A stretch of DNA of 53,699 nucleotides, taken from contig DAIOSV010000004.1 in assembly GCA_036752345.1 (NCBI GenBank), positions 1-53,699 of the forward strand. Reading direction: 5' to 3'. The stretch comes from Bacteroidales bacterium. GTDB lineage: Bacteria; Bacteroidota; Bacteroidia; Bacteroidales; UBA1715. The notes below the pieces were generated by a model. The model was not told the origin of the DNA, did no database searches, and was given only the letters and a program-made list of their open reading frames with translations. Numbering within the stretch: the first letter of the stretch is position 1; every line of letters starts with the position of its first letter. This document shows positions 27,845 through 36,616 of this stretch, piece by piece. Both the position numbers and the translations under genes were made by a program.

Positions 27845-28468
27845 TTATAACGAAATTTTTTCAAAATCGGCAACGCCATGTTTGCAAACGGGGCATATAA
27901 AGTCAGGAGGAAGTTCTTCTCCTTCGTAAATGTAGCCACAAATTCTGCATCGCCAACCAACTTTCCCCGTGTTTTTAGTTGCGGGCGAACTTTGTTGTGG
28001 TTTTATGTGTTTATGGTAGTACGAGTACGTGAGTGTTTCGTCTGATGATAAAACTTCTGCCTCCGTCACTTCTGCAATGAAAAGTGTGTGTGTGCCTAAG
28101 TCAATCATTGACGTAACCGAACCCGACAAAAATGCATTACTATATTCCGAAAGATAGAGAACACCATTGGCAGAACGTTTCGCCGAGTCAAACCCAATGA
28201 ATTTGTCAGCTGTTTTGCCTGATTGAAATCCAAATCTTTCTATAACAGAAAATGGTGTAGATTGTGTAAGTACCGAGACATTGAATTTTCCCGATGCTTT
28301 AATCATATCGTGCGTTCGGTTTGCTTTATTTATAGCTACCGTAATTTGTAACGGACTACTGGTAACTTGCTGTACTGTATTCACAATACACGCATTGTCA
28401 TCGCCATCGTTGTTGGCCGACAATGCGTATACGCCATATGCTATTGAAAATAAAGCCTTTGAATTCAT
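27845..28468 (-). CDS. flavin reductase-like domain fused to C-terminal rubredoxin (high-molecular-weight rubredoxin, Hrb-like)
   Basis: 207 aa. The N-terminal FMN-binding split-barrel pattern is YGVYALSANNDGDDNACIVNTV. The C-terminal motif is WRCRICGYIYEGEELPPDFICPVCKH. Confidence 0.8.
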   Translation of the reverse strand: MNSKALFSIAYGVYALSANNDGDDNACIVNTVQQVTSSPLQITVAINKANRTHDMIKASGKFNVSVLTQSTPFSVIERFGFQSGKTADKFIGFDSAKRSANGVLYLSEYSNAFLSGSVTSMIDLGTHTLFIAEVTEAEVLSSDETLTYSYYHKHIKPQQSSPATKNTGKVGWRCRICGYIYEGEELPPDFICPVCKHGVADFEKISL

Positions 28469-28470
28469 AT

Positions 28471-28629
28471 TTATGCTTCTTCAAAGTCTTCTTTTCCAAC
28501 TCCGCACATTGGACAAGTCCAATCAGCAGGTAAATCTTCAAATGCTGTTCCTGGTTCTATACCATTATCTGGGTCACCAACTTCAGGATCGTATTCATAA
28601 CCACATACTTTACAAACAAATTTTTTCAT
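28471..28629 (-). CDS. rubredoxin (absent from the ORF track, 52 aa)
   Basis: My manual translation gives [52 protein letters not shown]. It has the canonical CxxCG...WxCPxCG rubredoxin signature. It starts 5 nt after the perR-like stop and ends 2 nt before the Hrb-like start. Confidence 0.9.
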   Translation of the reverse strand: MKKFVCKVCGYEYDPEVGDPDNGIEPGTAFEDLPADWTCPMCGVGKEDFEEA

Positions 28630-28634
28630 AATTA

Positions 28635-29066
28635 TTATTTTTTAGTTAGACATTTGTTACATATTCCTTTATAGTACACTTGTGTTTCTTTAACGGAAAA
28701 ACCTCCGTCTAAAGTATCGATTGGAACATCAAAGTTTTGAGGAATGTCATAAATAGTTTGGCACTTTTCGCAAAGAAAATGTGCGTGCCGATATGTATTT
28801 CCATCAAAATGATTCATTTTTCCATCAATTGAAATTGCTAATATAATACCTTTTTCTTGAAGTTGTTCAAGCGTATTATATACTGTTGTTTTTGAAAGTG
28901 TGGGAATGCTCGGCACTAGTGCATTATACACCTCGTCAGCCGAAGGGTGTGTGGAATGTTCTAAAACATAACGTAAAATATACATTCTTTGTACCGAAGC
29001 CTTAATGCCACATTGGTTTAATAATGTTACAATTGTGTTGTCTGATATTTTCTGTTTTTGTTCCAT
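28635..29066 (-). CDS. perR: Fur family transcriptional regulator, PerR-like by context
   Basis: 143 aa with a winged-helix N-terminus ([23 protein letters not shown]), HFLCEKC and CNKC structural Zn pairs, and His-rich regulatory-site residues. It is the first gene of the rubredoxin/rubrerythrin operon. Confidence 0.75.
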   Translation of the reverse strand: MEQKQKISDNTIVTLLNQCGIKASVQRMYILRYVLEHSTHPSADEVYNALVPSIPTLSKTTVYNTLEQLQEKGIILAISIDGKMNHFDGNTYRHAHFLCEKCQTIYDIPQNFDVPIDTLDGGFSVKETQVYYKGICNKCLTKK

Positions 29067-29078
29067 TATTAATTTTTT

Positions 29079-29101
29079 TTACAAATTTGTAATAATTACA
29101 A
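29079..29101. promoter_or_regulatory. composite Fur/Per-box-like palindrome upstream of perR
   Basis: The sequence TTACAAATTTGTAATAATTACAA contains a perfect 14-nt palindrome TTACAAATTTGTAA (29079-29092). This overlaps a perfect 7-1-7 inverted repeat TTGTAAT-A-ATTACAA (29087-29101). The site lies 13-35 nt upstream of the perR ATG. Confidence 0.5.
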
Positions 29102-29184
29102 AATAAGTCCAAATATTTTGACGAAAAAAAACAAAAAATAGATATACGTCTCCTGAAATACGATTGGCAGTTCCATAAATTTTG

Positions 29185-29192
29185 TATCTTTG
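29185..29192 (+). promoter_or_regulatory. candidate -7 box (TATCTTTG) for the SPFH gene
   Basis: It matches TAnnTTTG, 26 nt upstream of the ATG at 29219. Confidence 0.3.
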
Positions 29193-29218
29193 TGAAAATA
29201 AATTAAATAAAATCCCCT

Positions 29219-30037
29219 ATGAAAGGAAAATATCAAAGACTTATTATCATTGGCATCGTAGCCGTATTTTTTCTCGTTGCTTTTGGAAACAGTATGTTTA
29301 TAAAATTGGAAGCAACTGAGCGAGGTGTTATATTTCGTCAGTTTACCACTGGTTTGGATAAAGACAATGTGTATGAACCAGGATTTCATATAATTGCACC
29401 ATGGAATGACATGTATGTATTCAATGTTTCAGAGCAAAAAGTTGAAGAAACAATGGATGTGCTTGATAAAAATGGTCTTTCTATCAATATAGAAATAACC
29501 GTTCGTTTTTATCCTATTTACAATAAGGTAGGTAGCTTGTATGAAGCTTTCCGTACCGATTATGCCAACGTGTTGGTTGTTCCTGAAGTTCGTTCTTCAG
29601 TACGTCAAGTTGCTGGACGCTATACGGCTGAAGAAATTTATTCAACAAAACGTTCTGAAGTGGAACAAACAATTATTGACGAAGCCGGTAAAAAATTACG
29701 TGAAAATAACATAGAAATGAAAGCTTTGTTGATTCGTTCTATTAATTTGCCACAAGACATTCGCCAAGCTATTGAAAGTAAGTTGAAACAAGAACAAGAA
29801 GCTCTTGCATATCAATTCCGTTTGGAGAAAGAAAAATCGGAAGCAGAACGTAAAAGAATCGCTGCAGAAGGTGAGGCTCGCGCCAACAATATTATCAATA
29901 ATAGTTTGACACCTAGTTTGCTTAAGATGCGTGGCATTGAAGCAACGTTGGAATTGGGTAAATCACAAAACTCTAAGACTATAATTATTGGTGGTGGAGG
30001 TGATGGACTTCCTCTCATATTGAACTCAGACAAATAA
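29219..30037 (+). CDS. SPFH/band 7 (prohibitin-HflC-like) membrane protein
   Basis: 272 aa with an N-terminal TM anchor (LIIIGIVAVFFLVAF), then an SPFH core and a coiled-coil Ala/Glu-rich region (EKEKSEAERKRIAAEGEARA). Confidence 0.88.
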   Translation: MKGKYQRLIIIGIVAVFFLVAFGNSMFIKLEATERGVIFRQFTTGLDKDNVYEPGFHIIAPWNDMYVFNVSEQKVEETMDVLDKNGLSINIEITVRFYPIYNKVGSLYEAFRTDYANVLVVPEVRSSVRQVAGRYTAEEIYSTKRSEVEQTIIDEAGKKLRENNIEMKALLIRSINLPQDIRQAIESKLKQEQEALAYQFRLEKEKSEAERKRIAAEGEARANNIINNSLTPSLLKMRGIEATLELGKSQNSKTIIIGGGGDGLPLILNSDK

Positions 30038-30060
30038 ATTAGTAACTAATAATAATAACG

Positions 30061-30092
30061 AAGGCTGTTGGACACATACAACAGCCTTTTTT
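30061..30092 (+). terminator. rho-independent terminator after the SPFH gene
   Basis: A perfect 10-bp stem AAGGCTGTTG (30061-30070) / CAACAGCCTT (30079-30088) with an 8-nt loop is followed by TTTTTT. Confidence 0.8.
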
Positions 30093-30097
30093 ATACT

Positions 30098-31069
30098 ATG
30101 GATTACAAAAGTATACTTAACACTACGGAACCAAAAGCAATAATGGTGGTAGGCGACATTATGCTTGATTCCTATTTATGGGGAAATGTTGATAGAATTT
30201 CACCTGAGGCCCCTGTGCCGGTAGTTCTGGTAGATTCTGTAGAAGACCGCTTGGGCGGAGCTGCAAATGTGGTGAAAAACTTTATTTCGCTTGGCATGCG
30301 TCCGTTTGTGTGTAGCGTAGTAGGCGATGACGAGGCTGGTCATACGTTCCTTAAAATACTCCAAACATTGGGTGTTGATTCTAAATACTGTGTAGTTGAC
30401 CAAAATAGGAAAACAACCATAAAAAAGCGTGTTATTTGCGGAAAACAGCAAATGTTGCGTATTGATAGCGAGCAGATTGACGAAATACGTGAAGACGTAC
30501 GCAAAAAGTTGGAGGAAAATGTACGTAAAGGCATAGAAGAAGAAAATATCGCTGCAATTGTTCTTGAAGACTATGACAAAGGAGTTTTTTCGGCAGAATT
30601 AATTCAAATTATCGTAAATGAGGCAAAAGCGAAGTCTATTCCGGTTTTAGTTGATCCTAAAAAACGGAATTTTACCAACTATAAAAACGTGACACTTTTC
30701 AAACCAAACTTCAAAGAATTTACAGAAGGATTAGGTAAATCGTGTTCAAAATATGATAATGATGCGTTGTTTTCTCTTGCAAAAGAATTTATGCAGAAGC
30801 AAAGCATTGACATTATGATGATTACACTATCGGAATTGGGAATATTCGTAGCCGATAAAGATGCGTATGTTCATATACCAACGCAAGTGCGCCACGTTGC
30901 CGACGTTTCAGGTGCAGGAGACACGGTTATAAGCGTTGCTACCGTGTGCTATATTTTAGGCTTCCCGATAGCAGAAATAGCTCGAATATCAAATATTGCG
31001 GGAGGTCTTGTCTGCGAGCAACCCGGAGTAGTAACAGTAGAAAAAGAACAATTAATACAAAAAATATAA
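30098..31069 (+). CDS. PfkB-family sugar kinase, RfaE domain I-like (D-glycero-beta-D-manno-heptose-7-phosphate kinase)
   Basis: 323 aa, from the ATG at 30098. The ORF-track TTG at 30068 lies inside the terminator hairpin. It has the RfaE-type N-terminus IMVVGDIMLDSYLWGNVDRISPEAPVPVV and a C-terminal DVSGAGDT PfkB motif. Confidence 0.8.
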   Translation: MDYKSILNTTEPKAIMVVGDIMLDSYLWGNVDRISPEAPVPVVLVDSVEDRLGGAANVVKNFISLGMRPFVCSVVGDDEAGHTFLKILQTLGVDSKYCVVDQNRKTTIKKRVICGKQQMLRIDSEQIDEIREDVRKKLEENVRKGIEEENIAAIVLEDYDKGVFSAELIQIIVNEAKAKSIPVLVDPKKRNFTNYKNVTLFKPNFKEFTEGLGKSCSKYDNDALFSLAKEFMQKQSIDIMMITLSELGIFVADKDAYVHIPTQVRHVADVSGAGDTVISVATVCYILGFPIAEIARISNIAGGLVCEQPGVVTVEKEQLIQKI

Positions 31070-32232
31070 TGGCTTCAATTTTAATTGTTGACGATGAACG
31101 TGCCATTCGTAATTCAATGAAAGAAATTCTTGAATACGAATCATACAAAGTTGACGTTGCGGAAAATGGAGTAGAAGCTTTGCAGAAAGTGCAAAACGAA
31201 AAATACGACCTCATTTTTTCTGACATCAAAATGCCTGAAATGGATGGGATTGCTTTTCTCGAAGCAGTTATGAAAGAGCGCGGTGATGTTCCCGTTATTA
31301 TGATATCGGGCCATGCAGAAATTGATATCGCCGTAAAGTCTATAAAAATTGGAGCGTACGATTTTATTTCCAAGCCACTTGATATGAACCGTTTATTAGT
31401 AACGGTGCGCAATGCCTTGGATAAGAAAAAACTTGTGCAAGAAACTACAATGCTGAAGAAGAAAATTGGTTCAAAGTACCAAATGATAGGCAATTCTCCA
31501 GCATTGAAGAAAATAAATGAAATAATAACAAAAGTAGCTCCAACTGATGCTCGTGTGCTCATAACCGGACAGAATGGCTCTGGTAAAGAATTGGTTGCTC
31601 ATGCGCTCCACGACCAAAGTAATCGTAAAAATGGACCATTTATAGAAGTAAATTGCGCTGCAATTCCTTCGGAACTTATTGAGAGTGAACTTTTTGGACA
31701 TGAAAAGGGAGCATTTACCTCGGCAGTAAAAACACGTATAGGTAAATTCGAACAAGCCGATGGAGGTACTTTATTTCTTGATGAAATAGGCGATATGAGC
31801 CTTTCTGCACAAGCAAAAGTGCTTCGAGCGTTACAAGAACAAAAAATAACTCGTGTAGGAAGCGAAAAAGATATTACGGTAGATGTACGTGTGCTTGCTG
31901 CTACTAACAAGAATATGAAAGAGGAGATAGACGCAAAACGTTTCCGTGAAGATTTATATCATAGATTGAGTGTAATTCTTATAAAAGTGCCTTCTCTCTC
32001 AGAGCGTATCGAAGATATACCGTTGCTTGCCGAACATTTTGTGATAGAAACGAGCAAAGAAATGGGTATCCCGAAAAAAGAAATTACACCAGGTGCCATA
32101 AAGAAATTACAAACATATTCTTGGACCGGAAATATTCGCGAGTTTAGAAATGTGATAGAACGGCTCGTAATTCTTAGTGGAAAAACTATTGAAGAGTCTG
32201 ATGTAGACCTCTATACGCAGCCACTTGGATAA
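31069..32232 (+). CDS. sigma-54-dependent response regulator (receiver plus AAA+), no C-terminal DNA-binding domain
   Basis: 387 aa, from the ATG at 31069, which overlaps the kinase TAA by 1 nt. The receiver has ILIVDDE / LIFSDIKMP / ISGH / KP. The AAA+ part has Walker A GQNGSGKE and Walker B LFLDEIG, and the sigma-54 contact loop reads GAFTSA. The protein ends 22 aa after the sensor-II region (REFRNVIERLVIL). Confidence 0.85.
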   Translation: MASILIVDDERAIRNSMKEILEYESYKVDVAENGVEALQKVQNEKYDLIFSDIKMPEMDGIAFLEAVMKERGDVPVIMISGHAEIDIAVKSIKIGAYDFISKPLDMNRLLVTVRNALDKKKLVQETTMLKKKIGSKYQMIGNSPALKKINEIITKVAPTDARVLITGQNGSGKELVAHALHDQSNRKNGPFIEVNCAAIPSELIESELFGHEKGAFTSAVKTRIGKFEQADGGTLFLDEIGDMSLSAQAKVLRALQEQKITRVGSEKDITVDVRVLAATNKNMKEEIDAKRFREDLYHRLSVILIKVPSLSERIEDIPLLAEHFVIETSKEMGIPKKEITPGAIKKLQTYSWTGNIREFRNVIERLVILSGKTIEESDVDLYTQPLG

Positions 32233-32949
32233 TCACTCAAAAACCATTTTGAGTATCCCCAATGAGGTTAGTTGTTGGGTTTTGCAGATGTGATAATCAT
32301 AATACAAGAGCAAAATATCTAGAAGTTGTTGACGCTCCTGGCGATTCAATTCTAACACATCGGTAAGTTCTTCAGAATTAATGATTAAAGAAAATAGTCG
32401 GCTTTGCTCTAATGATAAATTTTCGTGTAGTCCGTTAGGCGATATGAATTGCGAATTGAGCAACGAAAATATATTTGTTTGCGGGGTAAAATTATTTTGT
32501 GGAAAAAATCCCAAAAAACGCGTCAGGTGCAGCAAGTAGAGTATATGTAAATTAGCAAAGTTCGTTTTTGATTCTTCCAAGAGAAATACAAAACTTTTTA
32601 GGTATTGAAATACTGCATCGCAGCGTTCCTCTTCTTTAAATACTTTGTCGGTAATTTCACCAACAAAAAGCGCAATAGTTGATTTGAAAACATTTGCTGT
32701 AATATCCGTCGGCACTAATTGAAATGAGATATTCGTAATCCGATGAATTTGCTTTGATGTTTTTTTTCGAATCACCGAAAGGTGTACAAAAGACAAAGGT
32801 TGGAACATTGCCATTTTTGAATGGTTTGTTCTTACATTATTCATAATGTAGCTACCATTCCCAAATTGTTCTGTATAGATATGCGCTATCACACTCGTTT
32901 CGGAGTATTTTATAGTACGCAAAACAATGGCATTGGTTTCGGTGAGCAT
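32233..32949 (-). CDS. recO: DNA repair protein RecO
   Basis: 238 aa with an N-terminal OB-fold pattern AIVLRTIKYSETSVIAHIYTEQFG. Its stop codon abuts the stop codon of the convergent regulator gene. Confidence 0.8.
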   Translation of the reverse strand: MLTETNAIVLRTIKYSETSVIAHIYTEQFGNGSYIMNNVRTNHSKMAMFQPLSFVHLSVIRKKTSKQIHRITNISFQLVPTDITANVFKSTIALFVGEITDKVFKEEERCDAVFQYLKSFVFLLEESKTNFANLHILYLLHLTRFLGFFPQNNFTPQTNIFSLLNSQFISPNGLHENLSLEQSRLFSLIINSEELTDVLELNRQERQQLLDILLLYYDYHICKTQQLTSLGILKMVFE

Positions 32950-32953
32950 GAAA

Positions 32954-33847
32954 TTATAATCCTGTGCTAGTTTCCTTCTTTTTGTCGCGTTTCAATTTCT
33001 CTGGAATATAATCCGAAAATTTCTCACGTGAGCTATGAAGGTCTATATCAGATATATATTGAAATTTACCTTGCTTGTATTTATATCCATCTACCGAAAA
33101 ATCTGGGCCATAGAATTCAAAGATTCCGTCGTAACGCGGGTCTGATGGTGCAAGATGATCAAGAACATACATTTTCTTTTTCTTTTCGTAGCGAAGCATC
33201 ATAATTTGCTTAGAAGAGTATTCAAATATGATACGCTTTTTGTAGCCGCTTCCTTTTTGTTCTATAATTTGATACCCAAATGAAGGTTTTCCCTTCTTAT
33301 CAAATCTAAATGTTTCTATTACTTTTTTTTGTGTATAAATATTGTTCGGACGCCATCCTAAAAGAATGTATGTTGTGACATCATCATATTTATATGCACG
33401 AAGGTCGTAGTAAACCGCACCATACCAATTGTCCGGAGCATTTGTTACCCTTGTTGGGTCTCGCATTGTTGTGGCGTTATCAATAAGTTGATACACTTCA
33501 ACGGTATTGGTTTCTTTAAAATACTGTTGCAACAAACCGAATGTTTCGTATGTTCCGTTGGTGTGAACAATATGCCATGTGAAAATGCGAAACGTTTGGT
33601 CAGGTGCGATAAGGTTTCCCATTTTTAACTCAAGGAATGGATATTTGAATGATTCGGGAATGTGAAGCACCGAATCAAGCATCTGTATAAAAATCTTATT
33701 GTTTTTAATATTATCTTCTTCGCTAGCGAGATGTGTGATTTTTGAAAAAACAGCATTTAAGTTGTATGCGTCTATGCTGAAATTTTGCGCAGAACTTTCA
33801 AAGCTAAATATCAACGCCACTAGTATGGACAAAAATATTCGTTTCAT
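32954..33847 (-). CDS. hypothetical secreted protein
   Basis: 297 aa with a signal peptide (LVALIFSFESSAQ) and a Lys-rich C-terminal tail. I recognise no family. Its start abuts the upstream S8 stop with no gap. Confidence 0.6.
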   Translation of the reverse strand: MKRIFLSILVALIFSFESSAQNFSIDAYNLNAVFSKITHLASEEDNIKNNKIFIQMLDSVLHIPESFKYPFLELKMGNLIAPDQTFRIFTWHIVHTNGTYETFGLLQQYFKETNTVEVYQLIDNATTMRDPTRVTNAPDNWYGAVYYDLRAYKYDDVTTYILLGWRPNNIYTQKKVIETFRFDKKGKPSFGYQIIEQKGSGYKKRIIFEYSSKQIMMLRYEKKKKMYVLDHLAPSDPRYDGIFEFYGPDFSVDGYKYKQGKFQYISDIDLHSSREKFSDYIPEKLKRDKKKETSTGL

Positions 33848-36616
33848 TTATTTTGCTCCAAATTTGAATGTTTGTGTTTTCCCGTTAGTAGAAAAAGTAC
33901 TGATGTAAACGCCTTTTTGGTACTTTTTAAACGAATAAATTTTTGATTGATTGCTTGGAGAAAGTACAACAGATTCAAGTAATCGTCCTTGTGCATCAAA
34001 TACCTTGATTGCTACGTTTGACTGTGATTGTGGATATTCTATCCAATATTCATTATTGGCATAACATAGTTTTGCCGGAGTATAATCAATAGTTTGAATG
34101 GCAACATTGCCTTGCCCCGTTGTATCTACTATAGTTGGATTGTATTTCTGCTTCAGTTGGTAGGCCAATTTGTACAAATCAGATTGTGTGTCAGCCGCCA
34201 ACATTGCGTATCGTACTACACAAGAATCGGAGGGAGCTATGCTGTCAATTGTGGAATGTGCAAATACTCCAATCTCTTTACCATAGATGGTGTTCATTCC
34301 AATTGCATGTTTGCTATTGTTTAATGCGTACCACAATTCATTATTCGAAAAACCATCGCTATAGACTATCACATCGGAATAAACGTCGAATGCGTACACA
34401 TCAAAAGGATGATAATCTAATGACATATATCCAACATAGTAGGTGCGGTCTTCAACACTTGCTGCAACTGACAATTGCAAACTATCAACGTACCATATTT
34501 TGTTGTATGACGAATTTAAAATATCCCAATCAATAAAGGCTCCACATCGGAGGTCGTAAAGCGTGCTATCTCGTTGATTATTAATGCGATATTCGTAAAT
34601 TATTGCAGCAGTATCTTTCTTGCCATAGATGTATTGATTAATTGGAATATTTTCTGCTTCATATTGAGAATATATCATCAAATCAGCCGTGTCTGTTGGA
34701 ATAATAGTAGGTGAAGTTATAGGTTCAAAACTAGCCTTCCTGTCTGAACGCGAGTATATGGCAGACTGATTTTCCGCAATTACCAAACCACCTTGGAAAA
34801 CGCAATTTCCCTGATTTTTATAATTGAACCCATTTTGATTTTTATTAACGGTATAAATAGCTATACTACCATCGCCGGTTGCGGTTGATTTAATATCACC
34901 AAGTTCAAAGTCGTAATAACTGACATTTAATGTGATTGGATAATATTCATAGCTCCAATATGCGTTGTCGCCGGTATAGGTGAATTCAAAGTAGTTTGTG
35001 AGGTCTTTAGGAGGCTCTGCTGCTGCAACAAACAAGAATTTGCATGTTGTATCTTTGCCCATTTCTAATTTACTGAAAGAGAAAACTCCTTTGACGGGAC
35101 TTAGATAACTCGTTAGGCTTGTTGCGTTGATAATGAGGCTTTTAGCGTCGTGTAGGTAATTCTTGAATGTTACATAAAGAGCAACGGTATCGCCGGCATA
35201 TATGTGAGGTTGTCCCGTTAGATTTTCTGTTTTTAAATCAGTAATTCGAATACTTGGTAAGGTGGCATTTGTTACTGCTTTCAAAACGTTTACTCGGCCA
35301 TTCCCTAATTTGTCTTTATAGATAGGATCGGTATTGATAGTGTAAATATTGTCGGCTGTAACACGAAGAAGTTCACCAACTTGAATGGCTGAATATTCAG
35401 GGTGTTTGCTTCGTACTAGTGCTGCTGCTCCTGCAACAATCGGAGACGCAAATGATGTTCCGCCTCCCGACATTGAAATCGTTTTGTCATTGTTGGCAAT
35501 AGAATAAAATCCTTTAGCTGGAGCACAGATATCAACATAATAATTGTAGTGAGATCCTTTTGTTGGTGAGTCTGCCCAGATGTAATCACCATATACTGTT
35601 CCTCCTACACTTAACACAGACTTATAAGAAGCCGGATAATACATATCGGTACTAGCAGAATTTCCGGCTGCAGCAACGATTAACGCATCGCAGTTGTTTG
35701 TTGCATAGTTCACAATATCTTGTCCGTAAATGCTACCGGCAACATCGCCCCATGAGCAATTTATAACCTTGCATCGATGGTTGGCAGCATATACAATGCC
35801 ATCATACCCATTGGTGATAGAAGTACTGCCGTCGCGACATACTTTAACCGGAAGAAATTTAGTTTTAAATCCAACACCAGCAGTGCCAAAACCATTACTA
35901 ACTTGTGCACTCGCAATGCCGGCAACGTAGGTGCCATGTTCGGTGGCCGATGAGTTTGTTGGATCTTGGTCATTATCCGCAACATCCCAACCACGGTAAT
36001 TGTCTATAAATCCATCACCATCATTGTCATATCCATCAATTGGGTCTTTGAGATTATACGCTATTTTGTTTATTAAATCGGTTTGAATAATGTCGTTTCC
36101 CGCATCAATTATGCCAATAACCACAGTGCTATCACCTTGTTCTATGTCCCAAGCATCTAATACTTTACATACGTTCAAGTGCCATAGATTTCCGTTCGTG
36201 TATTCTGGATCATTGGGAGTATAGAGTAATTCGCCAATGTATGAAGGTTCTGCATATTCTATAGTATTCATGTGGTTGAGTGTTGCCAAAACTTTTTCAA
36301 AAGGAATATCTCCGGTATAGCTGCATTCGTAGATTTGGCTTATATCTACACAATTCTCGCAATTCTTTGGTGTAATTGATTTTGGGAATTTTTGTTGTGG
36401 CGTCGTTGCTCCAATTTGTGCAAGGTATAGATTTGCTTGTTGATCGTTTGGTTCAAACTCTGTTGTGGTCGCACTTTTCAACGTTGGCAACGATTTATAT
36501 TTAAAAATAATTTTGCCTGTTTCTATTTTGTTACCATTAAAATAGCTAATGCTTTGCGAGAACAATGTTGTCGAGCAAAGAACCAATACAAAAAAGAACA
36601 GTAGTTTTTTTATCAT
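33848..36616 (-). CDS. secreted S8 serine peptidase with T9SS C-terminal sorting domain (second copy of this class in the window)
   Basis: 922 aa with a signal peptide. The triad motifs are IGIIDAGND (Asp), HGTYVAGIASA (His) and GGTSFASPIVAGAAAL (Ser). The C-terminal sorting-type domain is KVFDAQGRLLESVVL...KGVYISTFSTNGKTQTFKF. Its ATG overlaps the upstream ABC ATPase stop (ATGA). Confidence 0.9.
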   Translation of the reverse strand: MIKKLLFFFVLVLCSTTLFSQSISYFNGNKIETGKIIFKYKSLPTLKSATTTEFEPNDQQANLYLAQIGATTPQQKFPKSITPKNCENCVDISQIYECSYTGDIPFEKVLATLNHMNTIEYAEPSYIGELLYTPNDPEYTNGNLWHLNVCKVLDAWDIEQGDSTVVIGIIDAGNDIIQTDLINKIAYNLKDPIDGYDNDGDGFIDNYRGWDVADNDQDPTNSSATEHGTYVAGIASAQVSNGFGTAGVGFKTKFLPVKVCRDGSTSITNGYDGIVYAANHRCKVINCSWGDVAGSIYGQDIVNYATNNCDALIVAAAGNSASTDMYYPASYKSVLSVGGTVYGDYIWADSPTKGSHYNYYVDICAPAKGFYSIANNDKTISMSGGGTSFASPIVAGAAALVRSKHPEYSAIQVGELLRVTADNIYTINTDPIYKDKLGNGRVNVLKAVTNATLPSIRITDLKTENLTGQPHIYAGDTVALYVTFKNYLHDAKSLIINATSLTSYLSPVKGVFSFSKLEMGKDTTCKFLFVAAAEPPKDLTNYFEFTYTGDNAYWSYEYYPITLNVSYYDFELGDIKSTATGDGSIAIYTVNKNQNGFNYKNQGNCVFQGGLVIAENQSAIYSRSDRKASFEPITSPTIIPTDTADLMIYSQYEAENIPINQYIYGKKDTAAIIYEYRINNQRDSTLYDLRCGAFIDWDILNSSYNKIWYVDSLQLSVAASVEDRTYYVGYMSLDYHPFDVYAFDVYSDVIVYSDGFSNNELWYALNNSKHAIGMNTIYGKEIGVFAHSTIDSIAPSDSCVVRYAMLAADTQSDLYKLAYQLKQKYNPTIVDTTGQGNVAIQTIDYTPAKLCYANNEYWIEYPQSQSNVAIKVFDAQGRLLESVVLSPSNQSKIYSFKKYQKGVYISTFSTNGKTQTFKFGAK

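Noticed and set aside
30068-30097. TTG-initiated extension of the kinase ORF, and likewise the 30946-31068 extension of the regulator ORF
   Set aside because: The first lies within the SPFH terminator hairpin. The second is an out-of-frame read through the kinase gene, and the regulator clearly starts at MASILIVDDE (ATG 31069).
30939-31562. 207-aa minus-strand ORF overlapping the kinase/regulator junction
   Set aside because: It is antisense to two well-supported genes (PfkB kinase, sigma-54 activator) and has a low-complexity Ser/Ile/Phe-rich translation with no recognisable motifs. It is a typical shadow ORF.
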